A stretch of DNA of 64,000 nucleotides, from the NCBI GenBank assembly GCA_054600435.1, contig BAAIJX010000010.1, positions 248,001-312,000 of the forward strand, read 5' to 3'. The first letter of the stretch is position 1; each line of letters starts with the position of its first letter. A program made the translations under genes and the position numbers. Source of the stretch: Neophaeotheca triangularis (Eukaryota). Shown in pieces: positions 22,664 to 33,277 of the stretch. The notes beneath the pieces were generated by a model that was given only the letters and a program-made list of their open reading frames with translations, made no database searches and was not told the DNA's origin.

Positions 22664-23827
22664 ATGGCCATCGACAGACTCTACTACTTCTGCGTGACGG
22701 TGTTCACGGTCACCTTCTGCTACACCACGCACTACCAGAACTGGGACGGTCGCAAGGAAGGCGGCACCGTCGGCAACATCTGGCGCTACAGTGAGGAGAA
22801 GAGCAAGAAGGCTGCAGAGAAAAAAAATACTGAGCACTCATCAAAGCATAGGCGTAGAAAGGAGAGGCGCTCATTCCGCCACCGTCAAGCAACCAGAGCT
22901 CGCGAACTCGACGACTTTCTGTACGCTAGAGATGGAGCAGTCGGGGAAGACTTCCTCCGCGCGCGCGACGGGTTCATCATCGGAGAATCCGCAGCAGCAG
23001 GACATGGAGATGTTGGACACGCCTCAGAGCCATTCCCAGCCTACCCACAACCCGCAGCCACCGCCTACCCTCCTTACCCAAGCTCAACCCAGTGGTATGA
23101 GCCCATCCCAAGATACACAAGCAATGAGGGCGCATCCCCCCGTTACCATCACTGGGCTAACAGTTCTGACGCAAGGTCTGGGGATCGGGCTAGGTCTGAC
23201 CATGGCCAACGCCGAACCAGCGAGCGCAGGCAGCGCAGCTCAAGGCACGGCGGAGGATCATCTTCCAGCTACAGCCCCAACAGCACCGACTGGCGTCACG
23301 GAGACACCGTCCGCTCAGACGGGTCAGTCCGCCGCGCAGGCAGTCGCACTCCATCAGCTGGCAACGCCTCCGACGACATTGAGCTCGACACATACCCACA
23401 CTCATCCTTCGAGCCAGCACGCGATAGCCGCAACCGCAACGACGCCTTCGAGCGCTCTCCTACCAGCAACCGCGCCTATGTTATACCACAACGTCGCTCA
23501 AGCTCAGGCCGCACCCAATCTAGCGTCGTCGGCCGCCCCCCTATCGGCTCCGATCGTCCCGCTTCATCCATCAACACTCAGCGCAACAGCGCTTCAGTGG
23601 CCAATGAGCGCTTCGATGAATATTACGGGCCTGCCGCCCCCCAGGAGCGCAGGGGGACGACCGATGCTATCCCCCGCGACGTTCCCGATGGACACGGTGG
23701 TGGCGGAGCAGGCGGAGATGGCCGTACAACATCGCGCCTTCATTCAGAAGAGCGTCGCCCAGGTGGCAGACAACGTAGTCGCAGCTACTCTAGCAGGCGA
23801 CGGAGCGAGTCTCACCAACGATACTGA
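22664..23827 (+). CDS. Hypothetical 387-aa protein: N-terminal hydrophobic segment plus Arg/Ser-rich disordered tail
   Basis: Long ORF with C-ending codon bias in its non-overlapped 5' part; hydrophobic LYYFCVTVFTVTFCY; overlaps the next ORF in another frame. Confidence 0.55.
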   Translation: MAIDRLYYFCVTVFTVTFCYTTHYQNWDGRKEGGTVGNIWRYSEEKSKKAAEKKNTEHSSKHRRRKERRSFRHRQATRARELDDFLYARDGAVGEDFLRARDGFIIGESAAAGHGDVGHASEPFPAYPQPAATAYPPYPSSTQWYEPIPRYTSNEGASPRYHHWANSSDARSGDRARSDHGQRRTSERRQRSSRHGGGSSSSYSPNSTDWRHGDTVRSDGSVRRAGSRTPSAGNASDDIELDTYPHSSFEPARDSRNRNDAFERSPTSNRAYVIPQRRSSSGRTQSSVVGRPPIGSDRPASSINTQRNSASVANERFDEYYGPAAPQERRGTTDAIPRDVPDGHGGGGAGGDGRTTSRLHSEERRPGGRQRSRSYSSRRRSESHQRY

Positions 23828-25385
23828 AAACGTTGCGCTGGATCCTAGCTCGGAGACGAAGCCGAAGCTTGGGGGTTTGCATAAGCGCCGCATGACAATT
23901 TCGCCAGAGAAATTCAACACTGGGCAATTCGAGCCCATGCCCATCAAAACGAACATGGACACGGCACCAATGAAGCGTGCCAAACTAACTACTTCGAATA
24001 CCGAGAAGGTGTTGGAACTGATGAACAAAAAGTCTCCATCTAGCGGCACTGGCCGGGAACCCCGTAACTACAGCTTCTCAGTTCTCACAGCTCTCTTCAA
24101 ACACCTAGAGATACTCTTACACATGGTTTCCTTTCTCAACGTACCGTCGTTGGTCTCTCTTTACTCCATCAGCAAGGCCTTCCACTACCTATTCAATTCC
24201 TGCCCCACAGCTTTCATCCTGTCTCTCAGTCGGGTCATAGCCCCTGGAGCCGAGCGCATCTTTCCGTGGTGCAACTACAAAAGCCTCTGCATCAACGACC
24301 CAAGCCTGAAGACGAAGAGCAAATACGCTGGCCTGGATAAGGTGCCCGAGCACATGTTGATCCGCGACGCACCCTCCCTACGCTGGCTACAAATGGTAGT
24401 CTGGCGCGAAGGCGTATGCAGAGACATTGTCATCCAGCTTACGCTACAAGGCCTACGAGTGCCTCATCCGTGCGTCGACGCCCTCAAGCGCATGTGGTTT
24501 CTCATGGACCTACCACTCAACTCCCACCGGATTGCGCTCTTGCGCAACAGAAACTACTTCACAAACTGCCACATCTTCCTACTCACCCTCTTCTTCCTCA
24601 AACTCGACATGGCCTTTACCTCACCCACCGCACCCCTCTACCCTCGCGGTCACAGCAACCAATTCCTCTACCCCAACCACTTAGCAGACTGCACCTTCAT
24701 CGGCGTCAACCTACGCGAAACGCTCCTGGCTGAACGCAACCTCTCGTCCCTCTGGCGGGTCCTCCACGGCTGGTCCCCAGATGCCAAATACCTCCAAACC
24801 CCCTTCTCCCGGGGTGACATCTTACGCCTGCAAGTGCGCCACCACTTCCGCTTCCCGGACGGCCTAGCCGCAGACAGCAAAGCCCGGAATCTCCCGATCC
24901 TGGGTGTCCCCGCCGAAGAAGTGGGCATGGCGGGCATGGAGCGCATCAACAAGGCACCAGGCCACACGGCGCCACAGTATCTCAACGCGCCCTTCGTCCC
25001 CGGCCCCTCGCCTTCCACCGCCTGCACCCCAACGCCGGCCGGCCGCTTCTACCCCCACGCCACCCCCGTGCACATCAACCTCCCCACCGCCCGCCCCGCT
25101 CCCCTCCCCCTCTTGCGCCCAGACCAGCTCATGATGCGCGAGGGCATCCGCCGCTGCCTGAACCTGGCGCGCAATTGGGGGAGGATGATGGCGTGGGGGT
25201 TCGTGGATAAGTTCGGCCGGCCGCTGCCGAAGTATTCGGAGAAGCAGTTGGGGAGAATTATGGCTGGGTTGCCGCCGGGGGAGGACGGTGAGGGGAGGGT
25301 CGAGGTGGTGGAGGACGAGGTCGAGTTAGTGGATCAGTATGGGGAGCCGATCATGAGCGTAGCGGAGATATTGGGGAAGGTTTAG
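22932..25385 (+). CDS. Hypothetical protein with F-box-like motif and conserved-looking C-terminal domain (true start uncertain)
   Basis: 817 codons from ATG 22932; F-box-like LFKHLEILLHMVSFLNVPSLVSLYSISKAF; globular-looking region ~24070-25260; low-complexity N-terminus. Confidence 0.65.
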   Translation: MEQSGKTSSARATGSSSENPQQQDMEMLDTPQSHSQPTHNPQPPPTLLTQAQPSGMSPSQDTQAMRAHPPVTITGLTVLTQGLGIGLGLTMANAEPASAGSAAQGTAEDHLPATAPTAPTGVTETPSAQTGQSAAQAVALHQLATPPTTLSSTHTHTHPSSQHAIAATATTPSSALLPATAPMLYHNVAQAQAAPNLASSAAPLSAPIVPLHPSTLSATALQWPMSASMNITGLPPPRSAGGRPMLSPATFPMDTVVAEQAEMAVQHRAFIQKSVAQVADNVVAATLAGDGASLTNDTENVALDPSSETKPKLGGLHKRRMTISPEKFNTGQFEPMPIKTNMDTAPMKRAKLTTSNTEKVLELMNKKSPSSGTGREPRNYSFSVLTALFKHLEILLHMVSFLNVPSLVSLYSISKAFHYLFNSCPTAFILSLSRVIAPGAERIFPWCNYKSLCINDPSLKTKSKYAGLDKVPEHMLIRDAPSLRWLQMVVWREGVCRDIVIQLTLQGLRVPHPCVDALKRMWFLMDLPLNSHRIALLRNRNYFTNCHIFLLTLFFLKLDMAFTSPTAPLYPRGHSNQFLYPNHLADCTFIGVNLRETLLAERNLSSLWRVLHGWSPDAKYLQTPFSRGDILRLQVRHHFRFPDGLAADSKARNLPILGVPAEEVGMAGMERINKAPGHTAPQYLNAPFVPGPSPSTACTPTPAGRFYPHATPVHINLPTARPAPLPLLRPDQLMMREGIRRCLNLARNWGRMMAWGFVDKFGRPLPKYSEKQLGRIMAGLPPGEDGEGRVEVVEDEVELVDQYGEPIMSVAEILGKV

Positions 25386-27042
25386 GATGGAGTTGCGGGG
25401 GTTTGTTTGCTGGGGTTGCTAAGGGGTGGCTTGCTAGGGGCGTTTTGCTTGCGAGGTAAGGTAGATAGTTCAGCGGCTTCGTTAAAGTGTATCCATTTGC
25501 TATGAGTCTGCTCCTTCTCGGCGTCCTTGACTTGCTTTTTGTCCCTTACTAACCCAAATATTTCAACCCGAATGATCTTCACCCCGGCAATTACGAGGGA
25601 GCGGTCTGGTACCAAGGGATACAGGCGCTTGCCGAGGGTATTGCGACAACCCTAGTACGAACTTAAACACGTCTTACGCAACCGACCCTGGCTGATATCT
25701 CGACAACACTACCGCAAACCACGAATCCTCAACCCCTGAGTATCTCACAATCGCTCCCCTATCCAATACCAACGCTTACCACCAACAATAAGCTCGCAGG
25801 ACGCCAAGAGCGACATGAACAGCCTTATCCGGAAAAAATTCGATGCTCAAATAGCTTCCAAAGCTCCAAATACCTCGCAGCGATGCGTTCTCAGCCGATG
25901 CCTCAACCAAAAGCACTTGCACTAGATTGAAACCTCAGTACCCAATTGCGGGAACTGTCTACTCGACGCCAACGCTCCATGCACATGAAAAGCCTGGCAT
26001 GGCCGGGAACGACCTCAACAGCACAGCCTTCAAGACTTTCGATCTTCCCGGTGAACTATTGACGTCTAGACGTCTTTGCCACAGCTTCGATATCCTGCTA
26101 GGACGTGGGTAATGCCGACACTGTCACAATTACCATGAATGATTGGAGCGGTGGATTCGCTGCCGTGGAGCTACCACAGGCTGGCTGAAGAGGACAAAGG
26201 AGTGGTATCTCGGCATCGTAGAGCCCATGGACCCCTAGCAGTACCACACCTTAGCGAAGCGACAATTTCACCGAATCACCTTCTGGGCGTTCCGGTTGAG
26301 TTGGTAGATGGTTGGAACTGTGGGTGACGGCCCTTCTAGGATAGGAACATGTTCAAGGTGCCGCTAGCTACCCAGCAGAACGGCGTTTGGCTAGATTGAA
26401 GGCCAGGGACAGGCGCTGGCTGTATAGAAAAATACAACATTTCCATCCGATTGCATTGTCAACAAGCCAAAAATTCTCAAAGGCTCAGCTTTCCGTTATA
26501 GCCATTGCTGTATGGGAGGGCAAGGGAGTAGCGGCCGTGAAGCACCAAAATAATGGCGGAGGCCAGCTCGAGCGCCTTGTCGGTTCTCTACGTGAGTGGT
26601 GACGGTAGTGAATCCTCGGCCGTTCATGGAACTCTGTGGTGTTGGGAATGCTGAACTTGAGAAGGTCGTAACCCTCACATTGGCCATAAGTGGATCGGTG
26701 TGGTGCCTAGCGCGGCCGGGAGAATGTTCAATTTGCTAACATCGACAAGGCGTTCCAGAAGATGACCTGCCTAGCTGAAATGCACGTGTGTCAGGTTGTG
26801 GAGCACAGATTTCTCGCGAGATCGCGAGATAACCGGAATAAAGCTATGGAATGCACGCGATGCAGCTTGAGATTGTTCGCCATGGCACGTTCAATGCCCT
26901 CGAGAACCGTGACCCTTCGCGTTGACATCTTGATCTAGATTCCGGGAAATCTAACCAGCCTCCTCTTGAACGACTGACGCGAGGATCGATATCCACTCCC
27001 TAGTTGATGTCCGATAAAAGACGACCACACCTCCCCAGGCAA

Positions 27043-27770
27043 TCACGTGGAGTACCATACTTTGCAGACTTCGGTTTCCCCTTCGTGGTCGTGATACTTG
27101 CATCTCTTGTCCAGAGTCGGCCGGAGCAACTCGCTGTGCTCGGCGTATCGAATCAACATGTCGAGAAGCAGGTCCTGGGGCAGGTTTTGGTGATATCGCT
27201 TGAGACGATCGGATGAAGCGGCTTAAACGTAGTAGTCCACGACAAGACGGCGCAAGGGACACTCCGCAGTGAGCGAAAAAACAAGCTTGATTGCTTCCGA
27301 GTCCTTCAACATCCCTAAGCCCAATAGTCGAGATTCTTGATCCAGCGTCTCGAGAGCATTGCGCAAGGGGGTGGTCATCAGGACATCTGCTAGGATGTAG
27401 AGCTTCACCAGTCCAGTGTTGACTAGCGACTTGTGGTCCTTCTTCTCATTGTCGCTCGCGGAGTCCCTCAGTGGCTCTGTGATGACAATGGCTTCTGTAT
27501 ACACCCACTGCAAGTACGCCGCGAAGATGGTTTTGTCGGCCTCTGGCAGCTTGATCTTCCGCTCTCTCGCGACTGGAGGGAAGCGAGAGAGTGCGACCTT
27601 GGAGAAATAGGAGTCGCGCGTGAGGATGCTTTTCGGAACAGTGAAGCGAGTCTCTCCTGGGCCAACGAGTACAGCGACTTCGTCGGAGAAATCTCTGCAT
27701 TAGTCTCGCACTTGCCAACTGTTATGTCCTATACTCACTTGACCCTCTTGGGAGCAGGCTGTTCCCCCAT
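27043..27770 (-). pseudogene. BTB/POZ domain gene with one internal TAA (27223-27225); intron 27695-27738
   Basis: Spliced MGEQPAPKRVKDFSDEVAVLVGPGETRFTVPKSILTRDSYF..IKLPEAD..FAAYLQWVYT..LVKLYILAD..PLRRLVVDYYV*, then continuing in frame to a CKYHDH motif typical of this fungal BTB family. Confidence 0.75.
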
Positions 27771-28294
27771 GACGACTGTCCTCAGTGTGGGGTTCGTTCG
27801 CAGCTTGGGAGGTTGCTGTTCTTGCGATGAGAGGAGGTAGAGTACCTAGGTAGTGGGAAAGTCAAGAGGGAGAGGTAGTCCTCCAGCTTGCCGCACGGAC
27901 CGCCAAGGAGCTGGAGTAAAGCTCATATGAGCGAGATGCAGGGACAGCAGAACAGGTTGCTCGACGTCGGTTCCTGGGAGTTCGGAAGGATGAATCGGGA
28001 GCATCCACAGAATGCAAGGTGACATGGGAGGATAATCTCCAGCGGAGGAGGCAGAGTGGTGAGATTAATCAAGAGGGGGAAAGTGTTGGTTGTTCCTGTT
28101 AGTTGAACACAACCGTTGAGAGTTGAAGTGAAGTGAAGTTCTTTGGGTAAACAAGGTCCAGAATCGCAAAACGCGATGCTTGACGTCCGTATTTGGGATT
28201 GTGGGATGTGGGAGGCTTGCACCTACAAACCCCTGAGTGAAATGGAAACAACTCTTGGCACTTATACAGGGAACGAGGCACCTACATACCAGAC

Positions 28295-29153
28295 CTAAGC
28301 AGGAGATCCCCTGTTCCTTTCGCCACCGGTCTCAGTTCTCAGATCCTCCTTCTTAACACTCTCCGACCCCTTCAACGGCGGGAACTCAAAAATCTTACTC
28401 CTGCCCCCCTTCAAACCCTCCCACCACCCAAAGGTCCTTGCATTCGTCCAAGTCAACACGCCCACCCACGGCTGGACATTCCAATGCAGCGTCAGCGTCG
28501 CATTCTCTCGCTCCGCCAGCTTCCCTGAAACGTCCGTGACCTGGTATTTGGGTTTCTGGTTCTTGAGCTTCACGATGCCTGGGTTTTTGCCCTTTGGGTA
28601 TGCTTTGAGGCCTTCAGCGCGCTGTTTCTTCTTCGAAGAGGGGACTTTGTCTGTCGGGTGAATGTAGGTGTTGAAGTGCTCTGGGGCGAGGTCCGAGGGG
28701 ATTATGGCGTCCCAGATTACGACTTCAGAGGGGGGGATTGTGGAGGGCGAGTCGGAGGGGTACGTGGCGGTGATGTACATGAAGATTTGCTTCGTGTTCC
28801 AGTTAAAGAGGGTGCTTAGGTCTGAGTGAGGGTTTAGTAGGCGCGGGAACGGGGTTGTATGGCTTGACGGCACGTACCGGCGTCCAGGTCAAAGGTGATG
28901 TGGGCGTATTCCTCTTTCTTGGTGCTGTAGTAGTGCGGTCGGCCCTTGACGCTGTTGGCTGCACGTCAGCATCGATCCATCACATGCTACCGGACATGAA
29001 GACTCCATACACCTGCACATTTCGAAGCTCGAGGCTAGCATTGGGCGATTGAGGGCTGAGCACGACGCTGAGAGCTACGGCGGCCGCAACGGCGAATGCC
29101 ACGCTGGTGAAGAAGCCGAAAGCATTCTGGATACGTACAAGAGACGAATGCAT
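28295..29153 (-). CDS. SPC3: Signal peptidase complex subunit 3 (SPC22/23); two short introns
   Basis: MHSSLVRIQNAFGFFTSVAF.., VKGRPHYYS.KKEEYAHITFDLDA|DLSTLFNWNTKQIF.Y, EVVIWDAII, WNVQPWVG. Confidence 0.92.
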
Positions 29154-29576
29154 GTTGGAGATTGTTTTTGGGCGATTGCAAGCCCCGAGTGTGCTGTGTT
29201 CAGTTCATTGCTGGCAGATTGAATGTTTAGTAGGTTCAGTTAAGCTTGGGGTGAGGTGGCTGTTTCAGGCGGTCCGTGCGTGAAGCGCGATCAAGGGGTT
29301 AGCGAAGCTTGATGAAACAACGACGATCGAATGCCAAAGAGATGTAAATTAAAGAGATTGGGAAAAAGTCAAGTTGTGCTGGATCTGTCTGCGTTATACT
29401 TCGAAGCTGATCAATTGTTCGAAAAACGTACGGAATACACTATTGGTGGTGTTTGGAGCACCAAGCCGTGGTTCTGGGGTATCTCAAGTCCACTTCATCT
29501 TAACTCCTTTGCAATATTCCTGCTGCATCAAATATTCTTCATGATCCACCATCTAGCACCTTCCTTCTACATTGCC

Positions 29577-31244
29577 TCATTCTTTCGTAGCTTTTTCCTT
29601 CTTCCTGATCATGCTACCAGCAAGCACGTTCACCCCTGACTCCGGCGCTACAGCAATCTCCTGCTTCCCATCACTCTTAACAGGCTCAGCAATCTTTCGC
29701 TTCCTCTTCACCATCCCACTCAAGTTGTTGACCACAGGCTCTCCACTCTTCGTAGCGCCTATGTCTGCCTCCTGCAGGGCAGCCTTGCCCTCCACGTCGA
29801 TCCCCCAATCTCCTCTAACCCCACAAAGACTCGCAACATTTGCGACCCACTTCCTCGACGAGACTGCAGCAATTTCTGCGTTCGCAAAATCGAGATGCAG
29901 CATCGTTTGCATAGCCTTATCGTAGCCCTCTTTCGTCAACATCAAGCCCTCGCCTTGCCCACTGCCTGCCTGGCTATCAGGCTCGACCATCGCAGACAGA
30001 TTAGAAGAAGAGCTCATCTTCAGTCTCGGCTGCCGTGCCATGATGGGTCCCGTCAGCTTCTTGCGACTAGGTTTGCGTGGACTACGCGTTCTGCTTGCTG
30101 GCGTCTTACGCATGCCCTGGGACGATTCGAGGCCTTCTGCTTCCGTCGTCGACACCTGACTGCTGCCCGGAATTTGGCTGCCGGTCGTGACCTGGCTATT
30201 GGGTTCCGACGTCGGAATTCCTTTCGATGAAATCACCAGCCATAGAAACCCAACAACACGACCAGAAGAGCATTCCTGTCGGAACTCCATGGCTTCCCAG
30301 AAACGCTCAAGGTCACGGAGGCCACTCCATTGGCCCCCACGTTTGCGCTTGCTAGGACTTGAGAAGTGCTGCAAGTCGTCAACGATACCAGCTTCGTCGT
30401 CAAGATCTTGCATGTAGCGTGCCTTCGGGTCGTCTGGGAAGCGAGGAAGTAAGCATCGAGGCGGTGCGTCTGGGGATACACCTCGGGCTTCTGCGAGCTC
30501 CGGCAACGGATTACCTGCTTTCCAGCGAACGTCGCCGGTCGCAGAGCGATCTGACAGTGGTGAGAATTGAGTGATCTCTCTTTGGCCTTGGTATCCGGGA
30601 ACTGTAAGATAGCCTTGATAATGTGCATCGTCTGTGCTAGAGGTTTCCTTCCCGCTGACTGCTGGAAATAGTGGATCGAGCACGCGTGCCCACCACTTTA
30701 TCAATTGTCGATCATCTAGAACGTGCTTCTTCGAGTGCTCCGCTGAGCCTGGAAAGAGGTACTGCGACTGAGCTCGGGCAAACAGCGAGACCACAACTTT
30801 CCTCGAAGGATGCTCCTGCCGCTCCTGTTCCGTAAGCCATCGCAAAAACGCCGTGGCAACACACTTAACCGGAGACGGCTTTGCCTTTGTAATGAAGCCT
30901 GTCGAGTCGGCCTTGCTCACAAAGATGGTGGTCATTCGTCTAGTCGTGTAGACCATGACTTCCATGGCGAGGCCAAGAATGCCTTCTGCATCATCAGTAG
31001 TCTTTGTCTTCGCATTCGAGGAGTCGTCAACGCCAGCTCGAGTGCTGATTGTGAGGAAGTGAGTGGCCAGTCTGGTCTTTTCTAATTCCTGATCTGGCGG
31101 AGGCGAGAAAAGGGGATCGCAAGCCTTTGGGAGCGTGTGAACGTAGTGCGCTTTGCAGCGGTAGCTTGATGGAAGAGCGGACTCGAGGTCCTCTTTCAGT
31201 GATCTAGATGACCCATCTTTCGGCTTATTAGCTACTTGGCTCAT
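29577..31244 (-). CDS. RTT109: Histone H3K56 acetyltransferase
   Basis: FVSKADSTG, LFARAQSQYLFPGS..KHVLDDRQLIKWW, PRFPDDPKARY, FWEAMEFRQECSSGRVVGF. Confidence 0.93.
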   Translation of the reverse strand: MSQVANKPKDGSSRSLKEDLESALPSSYRCKAHYVHTLPKACDPLFSPPPDQELEKTRLATHFLTISTRAGVDDSSNAKTKTTDDAEGILGLAMEVMVYTTRRMTTIFVSKADSTGFITKAKPSPVKCVATAFLRWLTEQERQEHPSRKVVVSLFARAQSQYLFPGSAEHSKKHVLDDRQLIKWWARVLDPLFPAVSGKETSSTDDAHYQGYLTVPGYQGQREITQFSPLSDRSATGDVRWKAGNPLPELAEARGVSPDAPPRCLLPRFPDDPKARYMQDLDDEAGIVDDLQHFSSPSKRKRGGQWSGLRDLERFWEAMEFRQECSSGRVVGFLWLVISSKGIPTSEPNSQVTTGSQIPGSSQVSTTEAEGLESSQGMRKTPASRTRSPRKPSRKKLTGPIMARQPRLKMSSSSNLSAMVEPDSQAGSGQGEGLMLTKEGYDKAMQTMLHLDFANAEIAAVSSRKWVANVASLCGVRGDWGIDVEGKAALQEADIGATKSGEPVVNNLSGMVKRKRKIAEPVKSDGKQEIAVAPESGVNVLAGSMIRKKEKATKE

Positions 31245-31607
31245 TGCTGCGCCCTTGCGGACAGTGGTTTCGAAGCGGGTTAAATGAAATGGCCGAATTG
31301 TGCTTCACAATTCTATTGGTAGTAGCTCCAAGAAACGCGGCGATAGTCATGCAATGCTATCGCATTTTGAAAGATTGTGCTGCGTTATAGACTTCTGTTC
31401 CGGAGTTTTGTGTCTTTACTTATTAATTGAAGGAAAGTAAGGTAGCCGACTGCTGGCCTAACACGCGCGGTCTGGAATAAGGTTTCGGATTCGGATTGGA
31501 CGGGAAAGCCAAGACCTCTCGCCGCAACTCCAAGTCCAAACCTCCGTCTTCAATCCCTAAAGACGATGCGTGCGTACCAAAGGGCAAAACATCCACAACC
31601 CCCCGCC

Positions 31608-32456
31608 ATGGCACCATCCAGAGCCCCCTACGTCTGCGCGAGCTGTGCCCGCAGTCTCCGAGCCGAAGCCAAACCAAAAGTCGCCCGGACTTTCGCAACC
31701 TCAGCGCAGGTGCAGCAACAGGCGCAGCCGCAAAACCCGCCTCGAGACCAGTTACCAAGATGGGAGAAGAGACCGCCGGAGATGCGCATGCCTGTCAGAT
31801 TGCGGCCGATGCCCAATCAGCCGGTGTGGAGGGTCAACAACAAGCTTGAGCCGCTGGACGAAATGTACGATACTTTCATCGGCAAGGCAGGGGAAGGGGC
31901 AAAGGGGCAAGGGCTGTCGAGTACACGAGGGCGGGATCTGCTACCAGATGTGATCAAGGTATGCTGGGAGTAAAATACCCTCGAAATTGAAGGAAAGATG
32001 CTGACAGAATCGAAAAAGTGGCTAGCAGTAACCCACCGCTCGTACGAACACGGCGCAATCGGCTTCAACGACCGTCTCGCTTTCCTCGGCAAACGTATTC
32101 TCGAATTCCAGACTTCACTCGCTCTTCTCAACAGTCCCAGTACGCCCGCTACACGCGTCAACTCACAACACGTCTTCAAACACCCCGCGCTCGAAGGCGT
32201 GGAAAACATTTCGACTCTCTCGCGGCACAACGTCCTCGCGCCCAGCAGGCTGGCGCAATTGGCGATGAGCTACGGGGTAGACAAGGTGATTAGATGGAAG
32301 CCGAGAAAGACAGACAACCTTCAGAGCAGCGGTATCAACACGGTTCTGGCGCACACAATGTATAGTATAATAGGTGCTTTGGCGCTGCAAAGAGGTGGGG
32401 AGGTCGCAGCGAGAACGGCAAGAGAAAGGGTGTTGCAGCCGTTGGGTTTGAGCTGA
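31608..32456 (+). CDS. MRPL15: Mitochondrial ribosomal protein with RNase III-like domain (mL57); intron 31959-32018
   Basis: Presequence with CxxC, then K|WLAVTHRSYEHG..GFNDRLAFLGKRI, RWKPR, YSIIGALALQRGG. Confidence 0.8.
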
Positions 32457-33277
32457 TTGTGGGATACTATTAAGCATGGCGTTTGTAACATATTGTACCT
32501 TTATCGAAATACCGAAAATGTACGGCCAGCATTTCAGACAGTGGATTCCAGAAATCCTCGTACGGCTTACTGTCAGCTGCTTCAGACTTGGTCTTTTTCG
32601 CCTTCAAACAGTATCCAGTTCGCAAGGAAAACCGCCAACGTCATCAAGCAAGTGACGCCGAAGTACACCTAAAGCCATCTACTCCCTCTAATCCAGGTTC
32701 CAGCACTCAGACGTTGGCTTTGGAAAAAGGACAGGGTCTCGTCACCTGATAATTAAGAAACCTCGGCGCTGATCAAGGCAGTAAATCGTACCAGGACAAA
32801 AGGACACGGGGAAGAACAGCATATTCGTGAGCGCCACCACTGGCTTGGACGCCTTATTCGTATGCGCGGCCAAGTCAACCTGCGTTGAATCTGGAGCCAG
32901 CTCCATCTTGCCCGTGTTTCCGGAGATCACGTTTGCCTTTCCTCAATAGAAGATACAAACCACCTCCTAAACGAGTTCGTAGCCGGAACTACGGTTTTGG
33001 CGTCCTCGAACCTCTGACCTCCCCACCAGTGGAAGTGAAAAGCTCAACTCGCCAATGCAAGTACAGTAGTACCTCTTACGAGCTTCACCCAGTTCCAACC
33101 AGAACGTATTTGACCCGTCTAGCCTCGCTACCCCCCTGCTGCGTGGTCTTTTATGGGAACAAGGCAGCTTGTCTTACTCGAAGAGACAACACTGCCGCGA
33201 AGGTAGAAATCGACCTTGTCACCCCTATGGTCGCGGAACACCAGAGGTTTATCCTTCACAATCACTGCCTCCCCCCA

